A stretch of 64,000 nucleotides of DNA from Candidatus Parcubacteria bacterium. GTDB lineage: Bacteria; Patescibacteriota; Patescibacteriia; Buchananbacterales; SURF-54. This document shows, in pieces, positions 38,875 through 49,237 of this stretch (positions are counted from its first letter, which is position 1; every line of letters starts with the position of its first letter). The notes beneath the pieces are model-generated. The model did no database searches. It was not told where the DNA came from and was given only the letters and a program-made list of their open reading frames with translations. Location of the stretch: positions 66,065 through 130,064 of the forward strand of contig QZIX01000009.1 in the NCBI GenBank assembly GCA_003599635.1, in the 5' to 3' direction. The position numbers and the translations under genes were made by a program.

Positions 38875-39297
38875 ATGAAATTAAATAACCCGGCAGACTT
38901 AATCGTTACTAACAATAAAAAGCAGATACTTTTGGTTAAAAGAGCAAAAACGCAGAAAGAATTTCCCGACTGTTGGTCTTTTCCCGGCGGCGGTTGTGAA
39001 ACGGGAGAAACGGCGGAAGAAGCAATCAAAAGGGAGATAAAAGAGGAACTGAATTGTAAAATAAAGAAATTGCAATATTTTAAATCATATTATTATAAGG
39101 GAAAAGGTTATCATTCGCGGGTGCTGTATTTTTACGGTACAATCTCAGGTAAAATAAAGTTGCAGGAAAAAGAATTGTCAGATTTTAAATGGTTTGAATT
39201 AAATAATGATTTATTGAAGTTGAAGCTGGCATATGAGCAAGAAGAAGTTGTGAAAGATTTTATGAAAGCAGTAAGTGATAAGTTGGTAAGCAGCTAA
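38875..39297 (+). CDS. NUDIX hydrolase (MutT-like)
   Basis: NUDIX box GGGCETGETAEEAIKREIKEELN. Confidence 0.75.
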   Translation: MKLNNPADLIVTNNKKQILLVKRAKTQKEFPDCWSFPGGGCETGETAEEAIKREIKEELNCKIKKLQYFKSYYYKGKGYHSRVLYFYGTISGKIKLQEKELSDFKWFELNNDLLKLKLAYEQEEVVKDFMKAVSDKLVSS

Positions 39298-39316
39298 GTA
39301 TCCAAGTTTAATTACT

Positions 39317-39396
39317 GTCATTCCGAACTGGTTTCGGAATCTCAAATAGAGATCCTGAATCATCCTTCGGCAGGCTCAGGACAAGGTTCAGGATGA
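39317..39396. repeat. GTCATYCTGAR-family nested palindromic element (GTCATTCCGAActggtTTCGGAATC ... GATCCTGAA...TTCAGGATGAC)
   Basis: Two perfect 8-bp inverted pairs; forms the 5' flank of the 39447-40773 cassette. Confidence 0.6.
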
Positions 39397-39446
39397 CAAT
39401 TAGAGTTGATATAGTATAGAGCGATATAAAGTAAAAAGTTAAAAAT

Positions 39447-40073
39447 ATGAATAATAATATAGAATCAAGACCAGATGTAGTAGAGGGCAAAAAAGAAGGA
39501 AAAGTTATAATTGAAATAGGGCCTGGTTTGGCCCCATCCTTTATACTTTCTGATAAATTGGACCGCGAAATAGATGATGGTGCAAGCTACGTTGCCATTG
39601 ATTGCAACCTTGAAGAATTAAAGGGGATGGAGGATATTGGATTAAGAGAAAGAGGGGCGGCTGTGGCAGGTGATTTAAACAAATTACCTTTAAAAGACAA
39701 AACTGCCAATGAAATTTGGGCTTTGAATGTTTTAAGTGGTTTTAAGAATATCCCGGAAAAAATGCCTGACGGTACATCAGTAACAACATTAGGATTTAGT
39801 AAAATTTTCAAAGAATTAGCAAGAGTCATTAAAGATGATGGTAGGATAATAATAGGAGAAATATATACCCCCGTTAAAGGTGCAAAGGAAGTAGATTTGT
39901 CCAAATATGGTTTTGATAAACAAGTTTTTACTGGCAACGAATTAAAGGAGTTTTTGAAAGAAAATGATATAAGCGAAGAGATACTTAGCGAACATAGTGA
40001 GTGTGAAAGGTGGGGCGAACCATTTTTTATGGTTTTAACAAAGAATAAAGCAGAAGAATCGGAAAAAGTTTAA
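39447..40073 (+). CDS. Class I SAM-dependent methyltransferase-like protein
   Basis: Motif I VIIEIGPGLAP and post-I acidic YVAIDCN; 208 aa; no DPPY/NPPY motif, so probably not a DNA methyltransferase. Confidence 0.45.
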   Translation: MNNNIESRPDVVEGKKEGKVIIEIGPGLAPSFILSDKLDREIDDGASYVAIDCNLEELKGMEDIGLRERGAAVAGDLNKLPLKDKTANEIWALNVLSGFKNIPEKMPDGTSVTTLGFSKIFKELARVIKDDGRIIIGEIYTPVKGAKEVDLSKYGFDKQVFTGNELKEFLKENDISEEILSEHSECERWGEPFFMVLTKNKAEESEKV

Positions 40074-40077
40074 AAAT

Positions 40078-40773
40078 ATGAAGAAGAAAAATAATTATCA
40101 AGAGTACAATGTATTAATAGAGTATGGAAATCAGTTTTATAAAATATGTAAGATTATAATTAAGAGAAATGAAGGTGACATAATTTATATACCATCACAG
40201 AGAAAAGTCATGTCAAAGGGTAATATTATCCGAGACAAGACTTTTAATATTTCTACTTTAGATAGAAAAATCGACCATATTACCTTTCACAAAAGCGGAA
40301 CTGCACATGTGGTGTTTTCAGATAGTGATGTCGAAGTCTTAGAATATGGATTTGCTGACCTAGGAAACGTTGCTAACAAAGAGAGGTTAGAAATAAGCAA
40401 AACAGGTTATCAAACACTCATTATTGATACTTTTATAGAATCAATAAGTTTACCAAAAACTAAAGTCATTATAAACGATATAATTTTTTACGTTCCAAAG
40501 ATGACGCCATTTCAATTTCAATTGCGCTTAGTTTCTGGACGTTTGGTTGTTTCCACTTTGTATCCCGAGGTTTTACAAACAAAACATAAGTTAATTATCA
40601 AAAATGGTCATGAGTGCACAAACTTTGTGGGTAAGGAAGATATGGATTTAGGTTGGGAATCAAATAATCAAGATAAGTTGCTACATAATATTTTATATAC
40701 ATATATTGGAAATGATTTATTACAGGGAAGGAGAATCGTTATACCAAGCTCTGACCAAATGACAAACGAATAA
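40078..40773 (+). CDS. Hypothetical protein (231 aa)
   Basis: Follows the methyltransferase-like gene by 4 nt; no recognizable motif. Confidence 0.45.
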   Translation: MKKKNNYQEYNVLIEYGNQFYKICKIIIKRNEGDIIYIPSQRKVMSKGNIIRDKTFNISTLDRKIDHITFHKSGTAHVVFSDSDVEVLEYGFADLGNVANKERLEISKTGYQTLIIDTFIESISLPKTKVIINDIIFYVPKMTPFQFQLRLVSGRLVVSTLYPEVLQTKHKLIIKNGHECTNFVGKEDMDLGWESNNQDKLLHNILYTYIGNDLLQGRRIVIPSSDQMTNE

Positions 40774-40803
40774 TAAATAGTTAAAATAATTAATGATAAA
40801 AAG

Positions 40804-40887
40804 GTGTCATCCTGAGAGAAGCGAAGGATCCCGAGATTCTTCGTCACTTCGTTCCTCAGAATGACATATGAGATCCTAAATCCAGTT
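40804..40887. repeat. GTCATYCTGAR-family palindromic element (GTGTCATCCTGAGAGAAGCGAAGGATC ... CTCAGAATGACAT ... GTTCAGGACGAC)
   Basis: 11-bp inverted termini with one mismatch; forms the 3' flank of the cassette, upstream of dnaK. Confidence 0.6.
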
Positions 40888-41036
40888 CAGGACGACAAAA
40901 AAGTTTGGAATTTAGGTTTTGGAATTTGTTTAGAAATTAGGATTTAGGATTTGGAAATTTCATGCATAGAATTAACAATAAAAAATTTAATATAATCAAA
41001 CTAATAATCAATTAAACAATTAACTAAAAAAATATT

Positions 41037-42977
41037 ATGGCAAAGATTTTAGGCATTGACCTGGGAACTACCAATTCCTGCATGGCAATAATCGAAGGGG
41101 GAGAACCAAAAGTTTTGGAAAATAAGGAAGGCGCGCGGACCACGCCGTCGGTTGTGGCGATTTCAAAAACCGGCGAGCGCTTAGTCGGCATGCTGGCCAA
41201 ACGGCAGGCCGTAACCAATCACGAAAATACCATTTATTCCGTTAAGCGGCTTATCGGCCGAAGATGGGAAGATGACGAAGTTCAGCGCGACGTCAAGCTG
41301 ATGCCTTATAAAATCGTAAAATCAGGCGACGGCGTTAAAGTTCAGATGTCGGGCAAAGAATACACGCCGCAGGAAGTTTCCGCTATGATTTTGCAGAAAT
41401 TAAAAAATGACGCCGAAGAAAAATTGGGAGAAAAAATTACCGAAGCGGTAATTACCGTGCCGGCATATTTTGACGATTCGCAAAGGCAGGCCACCAAAGA
41501 CGCCGGTGAAATTGCGGGTTTAAAAGTGCGGCGGATTATAAATGAACCCACAGCCGCGGCTTTAGCTTACGGCTTTGAAAAGAAAAAAGGCCAGCAGATT
41601 GCGGTCTACGACCTGGGCGGCGGCACTTTTGACATTTCAATATTGGATGTGTCATCCGACACAGTCGAAGTAAAATCAACTAACGGCGACACGCACCTGG
41701 GCGGCGATGATTTCGATCAGGTAATAATCCAATGGATAATAGACGAGTTTAAAAAAGATCAGGGAATTGATTTGTCAAAAGACACCCTGGCTTTGCAAAG
41801 AATAAAAGAGGCGGCGGAAAAAGCCAAAATCGAACTTTCGACGGCAATGGAAACCGAAGTCAATCAGCCGTTTATAACATCCGATGCATCGGGGCCGAAA
41901 CATTTAACGCTGAAATTGTCACGCGCCAAATTGGAAAGTTTAGTCGGCGATTTGATTGAAAAAACCAAAGGACCTGTTATGGCGGCTTTAAAAGACGCTA
42001 ACTTATCGGCTAAAGATATTGAAGAGGTGATTATGGTCGGCGGCATGACCAGGATGCCCTTGGTGCAAAAAACAGTGGAAGAAATTTTCGGCAAAAAACC
42101 GCATTTGGGAGTAAATCCAGACGAAGTTGTGGCGGTCGGCGCGGCAGTTCAGGCCGGAGTTTTGCAGGGTGATGTCAAGGATGTTTTACTTCTGGATGTA
42201 ACGCCGTTGACTTTGGGCATTGAAACACTGGGTTCGGTTATGACACCATTAATTGACAGAAATACGACTATTCCGACGTCTAAATCGCAGGTGTTTTCAA
42301 CAGCTGCCGACAACCAGCCGTCAGTTGAAATTCATGTGCTGCAGGGCGAAAGGCCGATGGCGCCGGACAATAAAACTTTGGGCAGATTTATTTTAGACGG
42401 TATACCGCCGGCGCCGCGCGGCCTGCCCCAAATAGAGGTTACCTTTGACATCGACGCTAATGGCATTTTAAACGTTTCGGCCAAAGACAAGGGCACCGGC
42501 AAAGAGCAGAAAATCACCATAACCGCTTCATCGGGTCTGTCCAAAGAGGAAGTTGAAAAAATGAAAAAGGAAGCTGACCTGCATGCCGAAGAAGACAAAA
42601 AGAAAAAGGAATTGATTGAAACCAAAAATATGGCTGACACCCTTGTTTATACTACGGAAAAAGCTCTGCGCGATGCCGGCGATAAAGTCCCGTCAGACGT
42701 TAAAAAGCAGATAGAAGAAAAAGTGGAAGCCCTGAAAAAAGTCAAAGACAAAGATGATGCGCAGGCAATAAAAACCGCAGCCGATGATTTAAGCCGGACT
42801 GCCCAAAAACTCGGCGAAGCAATGTATAAACAGCAGGGCCCTTCCCAAGACCCGGGCAAGGGACAAGATCAGGGCCAGCCTGCAGGCGACCAGCCGAAAG
42901 ATAATAAAGGCCCGGTTGAAGGCGAATATGAAGAAGTGGACAAGGATAAAAAGGATAAAGATGATAAAAAAAAGTGA
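41037..42977 (+). CDS. dnaK: Molecular chaperone DnaK (Hsp70)
   Basis: [19 protein letters not shown] and the full Hsp70 architecture; 646 aa. Confidence 0.95.
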   Translation: MAKILGIDLGTTNSCMAIIEGGEPKVLENKEGARTTPSVVAISKTGERLVGMLAKRQAVTNHENTIYSVKRLIGRRWEDDEVQRDVKLMPYKIVKSGDGVKVQMSGKEYTPQEVSAMILQKLKNDAEEKLGEKITEAVITVPAYFDDSQRQATKDAGEIAGLKVRRIINEPTAAALAYGFEKKKGQQIAVYDLGGGTFDISILDVSSDTVEVKSTNGDTHLGGDDFDQVIIQWIIDEFKKDQGIDLSKDTLALQRIKEAAEKAKIELSTAMETEVNQPFITSDASGPKHLTLKLSRAKLESLVGDLIEKTKGPVMAALKDANLSAKDIEEVIMVGGMTRMPLVQKTVEEIFGKKPHLGVNPDEVVAVGAAVQAGVLQGDVKDVLLLDVTPLTLGIETLGSVMTPLIDRNTTIPTSKSQVFSTAADNQPSVEIHVLQGERPMAPDNKTLGRFILDGIPPAPRGLPQIEVTFDIDANGILNVSAKDKGTGKEQKITITASSGLSKEEVEKMKKEADLHAEEDKKKKELIETKNMADTLVYTTEKALRDAGDKVPSDVKKQIEEKVEALKKVKDKDDAQAIKTAADDLSRTAQKLGEAMYKQQGPSQDPGKGQDQGQPAGDQPKDNKGPVEGEYEEVDKDKKDKDDKKK

Positions 42978-43140
42978 TAAGGTACAAGTGATAAGGTACA
43001 AATAGAAAGTAAAAGACGGCGCCGATAAATATTAAAAATTGTTATGTATAAACAAAATTTGCAAAATCGGTGCCTGAGATTAGCGGTTAGGTATCATTTA
43101 ATTAACCAATCACGACAGTTAGGTGAGAGTTTTTTGGAAA

Positions 43141-43168
43141 AAGAAAAAAGGCGAGGTTGTTGCTCGCC
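43141..43168 (-). terminator. Intrinsic terminator (GGCGAG-caacaac-CTCGCC plus U-run on the minus strand)
   Basis: Lies 19 nt 3' of the 43187-43480 ORF. Confidence 0.5.
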
Positions 43169-43186
43169 AAACGTTATTGTGTATTC

Positions 43187-43480
43187 TTAATGGGTAGGAT
43201 TTCTTGATATCAGCAAAGTCCATTGATTCGTCCACTCCTTTTTTACAGAAGACCAGAAATCTACGTTCTTTGTTTTTCTCCTAAATGGGTATAGTATTGT
43301 TGCTATCAATATTTCAGTGGCAAAAAAGGGCAAAAATGTGATCATTGCGATAATGGAGCAGATATACCTCCAGCCATGAAAACCCGAATATTCTGAAAGA
43401 TAAAGCGAGGTGATAGTGCTGGCTACAATAAAAACAACAGTTAGCAGAAAGAGAAAAAAAACTCTTACCATAATATCCAT
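43187..43480 (-). CDS. Hypothetical small membrane protein (97 aa)
   Basis: Three TM helices and its own terminator. Confidence 0.4.
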   Translation of the reverse strand: MDIMVRVFFLFLLTVVFIVASTITSLYLSEYSGFHGWRYICSIIAMITFLPFFATEILIATILYPFRRKTKNVDFWSSVKKEWTNQWTLLISRNPTH

Positions 43481-43567
43481 AATTCGTAACCTCCTAATTG
43501 TCCAAGAACGATTAATTTGATATGATGTTATTTTATAGAGAATTGTTCGATTGTCAAGAAAAATTTT

Positions 43568-44665
43568 ATGTCAAAAGATTACTACAACATATTAGGTATC
43601 GGCAAAAACGCTTCGCCGGATGAAATAAAAAAAGCCTACAGGAAACTGGCGCATCAGTATCATCCCGACAAGCAGGGGGGCGATGAGCAGAAGTTCAAGG
43701 AAATCAATGAGGCCTATCAGGTTTTGGGCAATCCTGAAAAACGCCAGCAATATGATCAATACGGCCAGACTTTTGAACAGGCCAAGCGCCAGGGCGGTTT
43801 TTCCGGTTTTGAAGGTTTCAGGGATTTTTCAGATTTCGCCTCTGCGTTTCGCGGCAACGGCTCGGCGCAGGATTTTGATTTCGGCGGTTTCGGCGATATT
43901 TTCGGCGATTTGTTCGGGTTTCAGCGCGGCACCGGCGGACGAAAAAGAGGGGGAGATTTGCAGACTTCCATTAACATAACTTTTAAAGAAGCGGTTTTCG
44001 GCGCCGAAAAAATCATTAACATAACCAAGGACAATGTCTGCACCAGGTGCAGCGGCACCGGGGCCGAACCGGGAAGCAAAGTCGTGACCTGCCCGACCTG
44101 CCACGGCCGAGGCAATGTTGTTCGCAGCGTGGCTTTTGGTATCCAGATGTCTTCTGTTTGTCCGACCTGCGGAGGAGCCGGCAAAAAAGCGGAAAAGAAT
44201 TGTTCCAAATGCCGCGGCAGGGGAGTTGTTCGTGAAACGTCCGAACTTAAAATAAAAGTTCCTGCCGGCATAGATGACGGCCAGTCCATAAAATTATCCG
44301 GACAGGGTCAGGCAGGTTCATCGGGCGGACGCGCCGGTGATTTATATGTTGTCGTCAATGTGGCAAAAGACGCTGAATTTGAACGCGAGGGTTTTGATAT
44401 TTTAAGCCGGCGGGAAATTTCCGTTTCACAGGCGGCTTTGGGAGACAAGATTCTTGTTGATACCCTGGATGGCCGGATAAAATTAAAAATTCCCGCCGGG
44501 ACACAATCCGGCAAAGTTTTTGTGTTACGCGGGCTGGGAATACCGCACCTTCACGGCCGCGGCCGGGGAAATCATTTAGTTGAGATAAACGTGAAAACCC
44601 CAACTAATTTATCACGCCGGCAAAAGGAACTCCTTGAAGAACTGCGAAAGGAAGACGGCCGGTAA
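43568..44665 (+). CDS. dnaJ: Molecular chaperone DnaJ
   Basis: J domain with HPD (YHPDK), G/F-rich linker, four CxxCxGxG zinc-finger repeats. Confidence 0.9.
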   Translation: MSKDYYNILGIGKNASPDEIKKAYRKLAHQYHPDKQGGDEQKFKEINEAYQVLGNPEKRQQYDQYGQTFEQAKRQGGFSGFEGFRDFSDFASAFRGNGSAQDFDFGGFGDIFGDLFGFQRGTGGRKRGGDLQTSINITFKEAVFGAEKIINITKDNVCTRCSGTGAEPGSKVVTCPTCHGRGNVVRSVAFGIQMSSVCPTCGGAGKKAEKNCSKCRGRGVVRETSELKIKVPAGIDDGQSIKLSGQGQAGSSGGRAGDLYVVVNVAKDAEFEREGFDILSRREISVSQAALGDKILVDTLDGRIKLKIPAGTQSGKVFVLRGLGIPHLHGRGRGNHLVEINVKTPTNLSRRQKELLEELRKEDGR

Positions 44666-44881
44666 TAATTATTACAATCAGTTTTTGAAGATTTAAATAT
44701 TTGATGAGCAGAATTTTGTTAAAATATTAAGATTAAATCCGAAGATTGCAACACAACTCATAGTTATGTATTAAAATTGCTTAAAATTTGGCTAAAAAAA
44801 AGAGGTTTTTGCCTCATTTTTTTAATGGTATAATTATATTTACAGATTCCTTTTAATTGACAGCGGTGTTACTATAATTAT

Positions 44882-45466
44882 ATGGCGACTCCCGAACAAT
44901 TTATTTCAATATTTTCGCAAGAAATTGCTAAACTGGCAACGACGACCGCGCCAAAAGCCGCCCAGACAGCAATTGCCGATTCTTTTTCAAATTGGGACTG
45001 GTCTATTCCCACCTGGGATCTGATTATTTTGGTAATTTTTTTTCTGACCGTATTTTTTTACAGTTTCGCCCTGGGCCGGGACAGAATTTTGGGCATATTA
45101 ATTTCCACCTACATTGCCCTGGCAGTCAGCTATTCAATGCCTTTTACGGATGAATTGCAGAAGGCAATTGATCAAACCGGTTTTCTTGCTTTTAAAATTT
45201 CAGCCTTTGTAATAGTTTTTTTCCTGATGTTTTTTTTGTTATTTAGAAGCCGTCTGATCCAAAGCGTAAGCGTCTTTTCCGGAAATTCATTGCAGATAAT
45301 TTTTTTTAGTTTTCTCCTTGTCGGTCTTTTGACCAGCATAATTTTATCTTTTCTTCCGCAGCAGGCTTTGGACAACCTTACTTTTTTCACTAATTATATT
45401 TTTTTATCCGACATAGCCAGATTTTTATGGATAATTCTGCCCGTTATGGCACTGGCATTTTTTTAA
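44882..45466 (+). CDS. Hypothetical polytopic membrane protein; first gene of the surface-modification operon
   Basis: Four or five TM helices; its stop lies 4 nt before the next ATG. Confidence 0.45.
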   Translation: MATPEQFISIFSQEIAKLATTTAPKAAQTAIADSFSNWDWSIPTWDLIILVIFFLTVFFYSFALGRDRILGILISTYIALAVSYSMPFTDELQKAIDQTGFLAFKISAFVIVFFLMFFLLFRSRLIQSVSVFSGNSLQIIFFSFLLVGLLTSIILSFLPQQALDNLTFFTNYIFLSDIARFLWIILPVMALAFF

Positions 45467-45469
45467 TTT

Positions 45470-47050
45470 ATGGCTAAAGATTTGAATATTAAAATTATAC
45501 AATTTTTTGTTTTGGCCGTTGTTTTAATCGGTGTATTCATTACAGTTTACAGTCCGCATTTATACTACGACTATTATTATCCCTTGCACTATGATGAGTG
45601 GCTGAATATAAGCGAAGCTAAAAAGATAAATAATGACGGTTTTTTTGAATCTGTTTTTTACCCTTACTTTAAACAAAAGATAGTCAGGATGAATCTGGTT
45701 TACGGTTTCGATATTTTTCTTGCCGTCTTAGAGTCAATATCCGGAAATCTGATTCCGGTTTATCAGTATCTTCCGGCGGCAACCGCGGTTTTAAACGCAA
45801 TAATTTTGTTTTGGCTGGCAAAAACAATTTCCAAAAGTTTTATCTTTTCGCTTACGGTCGTTATTTTTTTCGCTTTACTGCCAAGCAATATCAATATACT
45901 GGGAAACTGGTTTTTTTTACCGTCGACATTTTCATATTTTTTTGTTTCAGCCATCATTCTGTTTTTCAGCCGTTATTTGGCGGAAGAGGACGGAAAATAC
46001 TTTTTTTTGGCTGTAGTTTTTTTAACCGTTCTGTTCCTGGTTTACCCTCTTAATGCCGTTTTTCTGCTGCCTGTTCTGTACATTGCCTATATTTTGGCGG
46101 GAAAAAAATCACCGGCAAAACAGTTTAAATTATTTTCGTTGTTCGTTATTTCCCTTGTGCCTTTTTTATTATTATTTTTTGCCCTCGCCTTTAAAGTGGG
46201 CCTTCCGCATGAACAGCAGAGCGGGAATTTATTTTTAATTTTTAAAAATGCCATAGTCTACAACAGCCGTTCGCAGGGACTTTTGCTTAATGATTTATAT
46301 TTTATGCCGCCTTTTTTTTATTATGTGCTTATGGTTTTTTCCTCTGTCGCCATAGTGAAAAATTACAAAAACAAGATGTTTTATGTCTTGAATTTATTAT
46401 TTTTCTGGTCATTGGGCAACTTGCTGCTTTTCAAGATGTTTAATTTCACTCTTCTGTCATCCTATCACCGAATATTGTATCTGAGCTTTATAGTTTTTTG
46501 TCTGCTGGCGCCGTTGGGAATAAAAAATACGGTCGAACTGCCTGGCAAAATGAAAAAAAATATTTTTGCCGGAAAAATTTTGAAATTCATGGCTGCCGCG
46601 GCGTTTATATTTTACATTGTATCAAGCATGGGAAAAAATTTTTTTCCCTCCGATAACTTAAAGCCGGTTAAGTTGATTGATGCTAAAAATTCGGCCATGC
46701 TTGAATTTATTAAAGAAAATTATTCCAAAAGAGTGGTGCTTGCGCCTCAGCTTTTGTCCGTCGTCATTTATCCCCTGACCGCGAATTTCGCGGCTTCATT
46801 GGCCAATGTTCCGTTTTTTTCTCTTGAAAAAAGAGGGGATTACTTTTTCTCGGCAGAAAAGAGGATGTTTAATGATATAAACAACTATGATCCTTTTTCC
46901 GCTTTTCTGATGCAAAGCGACGAGTCAAGAAAAAAAATTTTGGAATTGTATGATTTTGATTTGGTCTATTCGCCCGGCAGAATTGATTCGCAGCTTCTGA
47001 ATCCAATATTTGCTCAAGACGGCCAGTTTGTTTACGAAGTAAAAAAATAA
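45470..47050 (+). CDS. GT-C-fold polytopic glycosyltransferase-like membrane protein (ArnT/PMT/GT39-like)
   Basis: More than 10 TM helices, an acidic HYDEW motif in the first extracytoplasmic loop, and a large C-terminal soluble domain. Confidence 0.5.
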   Translation: MAKDLNIKIIQFFVLAVVLIGVFITVYSPHLYYDYYYPLHYDEWLNISEAKKINNDGFFESVFYPYFKQKIVRMNLVYGFDIFLAVLESISGNLIPVYQYLPAATAVLNAIILFWLAKTISKSFIFSLTVVIFFALLPSNINILGNWFFLPSTFSYFFVSAIILFFSRYLAEEDGKYFFLAVVFLTVLFLVYPLNAVFLLPVLYIAYILAGKKSPAKQFKLFSLFVISLVPFLLLFFALAFKVGLPHEQQSGNLFLIFKNAIVYNSRSQGLLLNDLYFMPPFFYYVLMVFSSVAIVKNYKNKMFYVLNLLFFWSLGNLLLFKMFNFTLLSSYHRILYLSFIVFCLLAPLGIKNTVELPGKMKKNIFAGKILKFMAAAAFIFYIVSSMGKNFFPSDNLKPVKLIDAKNSAMLEFIKENYSKRVVLAPQLLSVVIYPLTANFAASLANVPFFSLEKRGDYFFSAEKRMFNDINNYDPFSAFLMQSDESRKKILELYDFDLVYSPGRIDSQLLNPIFAQDGQFVYEVKK

Positions 47051-47053
47051 TTT

Positions 47054-48250
47054 ATGCATTTACTTATAGTAACCCCTTATTTATATCCCCAGGGCAGCGG
47101 AGTCGGAAGGATATCATATTCTTTGGCCAGGGAACTAAGTAAAATCGGCCATCAAATTACTGTTTTTAGCACCGGGAAAAATTCAGACGTTGAAGAAAAC
47201 GGCATCCGCATCATAAAAAAGAAACCTTTTTTTCACTTCAGCAACACTCCTGTACGTCTGCGTTTGTTTTTCGACCTTGTTTTTTTGATTAAAAAAGGCA
47301 GATATGATTTTATTCTGGCTTTCACGCCAGTTCCTTATTATATGGACATGGCGTCATTGGCAGCCAGAATTTTATCCGTGCCGTTTTACGTTTCTTATAA
47401 TACCTATAGCTTTAAAAGAGAGCGGACGCTGCTTGATTTTATTACCTGGCTGTATTCCGCAATCGTTGAAAGATTTTCCTTGGGCTATGCCAGAAAGATT
47501 TTTATAAACAGTAAGAGGTTAAAACAGGCAGATATTCTACCGCAGTATAAAAATAAACTCGCTTACATAACTCCCGGAGTTGATCGCAGTCAGTTTCAGC
47601 CGACAAGCAGCCGTTCCGGTTCAGCCGGTTATATGTTATATGTTGGTCCTTTAAACAAAGGACAACGCTGGAAAGGGATAGATTATTTGATTTCCGCCAT
47701 GGTTAAAATAAAAAAAGAATATCCTGAAATAAAATTAAAAATTGCCGGTGGCGGCAATCTGCGGGCTTATTATCATAAAATTGTCAGGGCAGGCAAATTG
47801 GATGGCAATATAGAATTTGTCGGATTTTTGCAAAATGAAGATCTGGTAAAAATTTATCAGAATTGTCGTTTTCTGGTTTTGCCGTCTTACGGGAAAGCCG
47901 AACTTGTACCGACCGCCATTATTGAAGCTTTTGCCTGCGGTAAAACAGTAGTTTCAACATTTTCCGCCGGTATACCTTTTTTAGTGACAGATGGAACAGA
48001 CGGAAAATTAATTGAGCCAAAAAACATTGACCAATTGGCGAAAGCGATGGCAGAATTATGGATAAATGACAATTATCGCCGGAAACTTGAAGAGGGGGCG
48101 ATAAAAAAAACAAAGGAATTTTCCTGGACTAAAATGGCCGAAGATCTTCTGGCGCAGGTAAAACATAATATAACAACAGCCGAATTAAAACAATGTCAAT
48201 TGAAACAAAATTGCAAAAAATCCGATTTTTGGCAAACGCAAGAATTTTAG
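47054..48250 (+). CDS. Glycosyltransferase family 4 (GT-B fold)
   Basis: E-X7-E region AIIEAFACGKTVVSTFSAGIPFLVTDGTDGKLIEP. Confidence 0.8.
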   Translation: MHLLIVTPYLYPQGSGVGRISYSLARELSKIGHQITVFSTGKNSDVEENGIRIIKKKPFFHFSNTPVRLRLFFDLVFLIKKGRYDFILAFTPVPYYMDMASLAARILSVPFYVSYNTYSFKRERTLLDFITWLYSAIVERFSLGYARKIFINSKRLKQADILPQYKNKLAYITPGVDRSQFQPTSSRSGSAGYMLYVGPLNKGQRWKGIDYLISAMVKIKKEYPEIKLKIAGGGNLRAYYHKIVRAGKLDGNIEFVGFLQNEDLVKIYQNCRFLVLPSYGKAELVPTAIIEAFACGKTVVSTFSAGIPFLVTDGTDGKLIEPKNIDQLAKAMAELWINDNYRRKLEEGAIKKTKEFSWTKMAEDLLAQVKHNITTAELKQCQLKQNCKKSDFWQTQEF

Positions 48251-49236
48251 AATTCTTTAAGGCGGAGGAAAATAAATTAACCGCCGGATTAAACGCTGAG
48301 ATCAGAAATATAATGTCACAGCTGGAAAGGTTTTGTCTTGGCGGGAAAAAAATAAGAATAGCACTTGCTTATTTTTCCTATCTGGCCTGCGGGGGCAAAT
48401 CCAAAAAAAAGTTTTTCAGAACCGCGGTTTCTTTGGAATTATTTCATAATTTTTTTCTGATTCACGATGATATTATCGATAAAGATAATTACAGGAGAAA
48501 TAAACTGACTTTTCATAAATACTTCGGTGAAAAAAGAGGCGATTTGCACTATGGTCTGTCCCTGGCAATTATTGGTGCGGACCTGTTGAATTTTTTTGCT
48601 TACAAAAACTTAGATAATTCCAGATATCCGGAAAAGGTTAAAAATAATATCAGAAAACTTTTTTCTGTTTTTCTTTCCAGAGTTTGTTTAGGAGAATTTT
48701 TGGATATATATTTTGCTAAGGTTAAAAAGGTTAGCGCTAAAGAGCTGCTTTTCGGATACGACTGCAAGACGGGCGGCTATACTACGACTTTGCCTGTCGT
48801 TTTCGGCGCCCATTTGGCCGGGGCCAGTTACAGACAGATTAAGGAATTAACGGAATTTTCCGGACCTTTGGGGCAGGTTTTTCAGATAAAGGATGATATT
48901 CTGGACGTTTTCGGAAACAAAAGCAAATTCGGCAAGGATCCGGGTTCAGACCTTTTGAACGGAAAAAAAACAATTTTGCTGGATTTTGTAATGAAAAATG
49001 CCGATTGCCGGGAGAAAAAATATCTGAATTCTCTGGCAAATAAACGGAAGTTGTTATTTAAAGATATTTTTAAAATAAGAAAAATAATAAGAAAAAGCGG
49101 CGCCATAACCTATTTTGATAAATACACCGAAAATTTGGTCTTTAAAGCGAAAGCCAAAATCAACAAAAAAAATTTCAACCGTAACGTTTGTGATTTACTG
49201 GCTTTGGCAGATTATTTTTTAATAAGAAGTTCCTGA
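48193..49236 (+). CDS. Polyprenyl diphosphate synthase (trans-isoprenyl, short-chain type)
   Basis: First DDxxD motif LIHDDIID with aromatic residues at -4/-5, second motif FQIKDDILD. Confidence 0.75.
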   Translation: MSIETKLQKIRFLANARILEFFKAEENKLTAGLNAEIRNIMSQLERFCLGGKKIRIALAYFSYLACGGKSKKKFFRTAVSLELFHNFFLIHDDIIDKDNYRRNKLTFHKYFGEKRGDLHYGLSLAIIGADLLNFFAYKNLDNSRYPEKVKNNIRKLFSVFLSRVCLGEFLDIYFAKVKKVSAKELLFGYDCKTGGYTTTLPVVFGAHLAGASYRQIKELTEFSGPLGQVFQIKDDILDVFGNKSKFGKDPGSDLLNGKKTILLDFVMKNADCREKKYLNSLANKRKLLFKDIFKIRKIIRKSGAITYFDKYTENLVFKAKAKINKKNFNRNVCDLLALADYFLIRSS

Positions 49237-49237
49237 T

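Noticed and set aside
41342-43001. Multiple minus-strand ORFs of 69-102 aa inside dnaK
   Set aside because: They are shadow ORFs opposite Hsp70.
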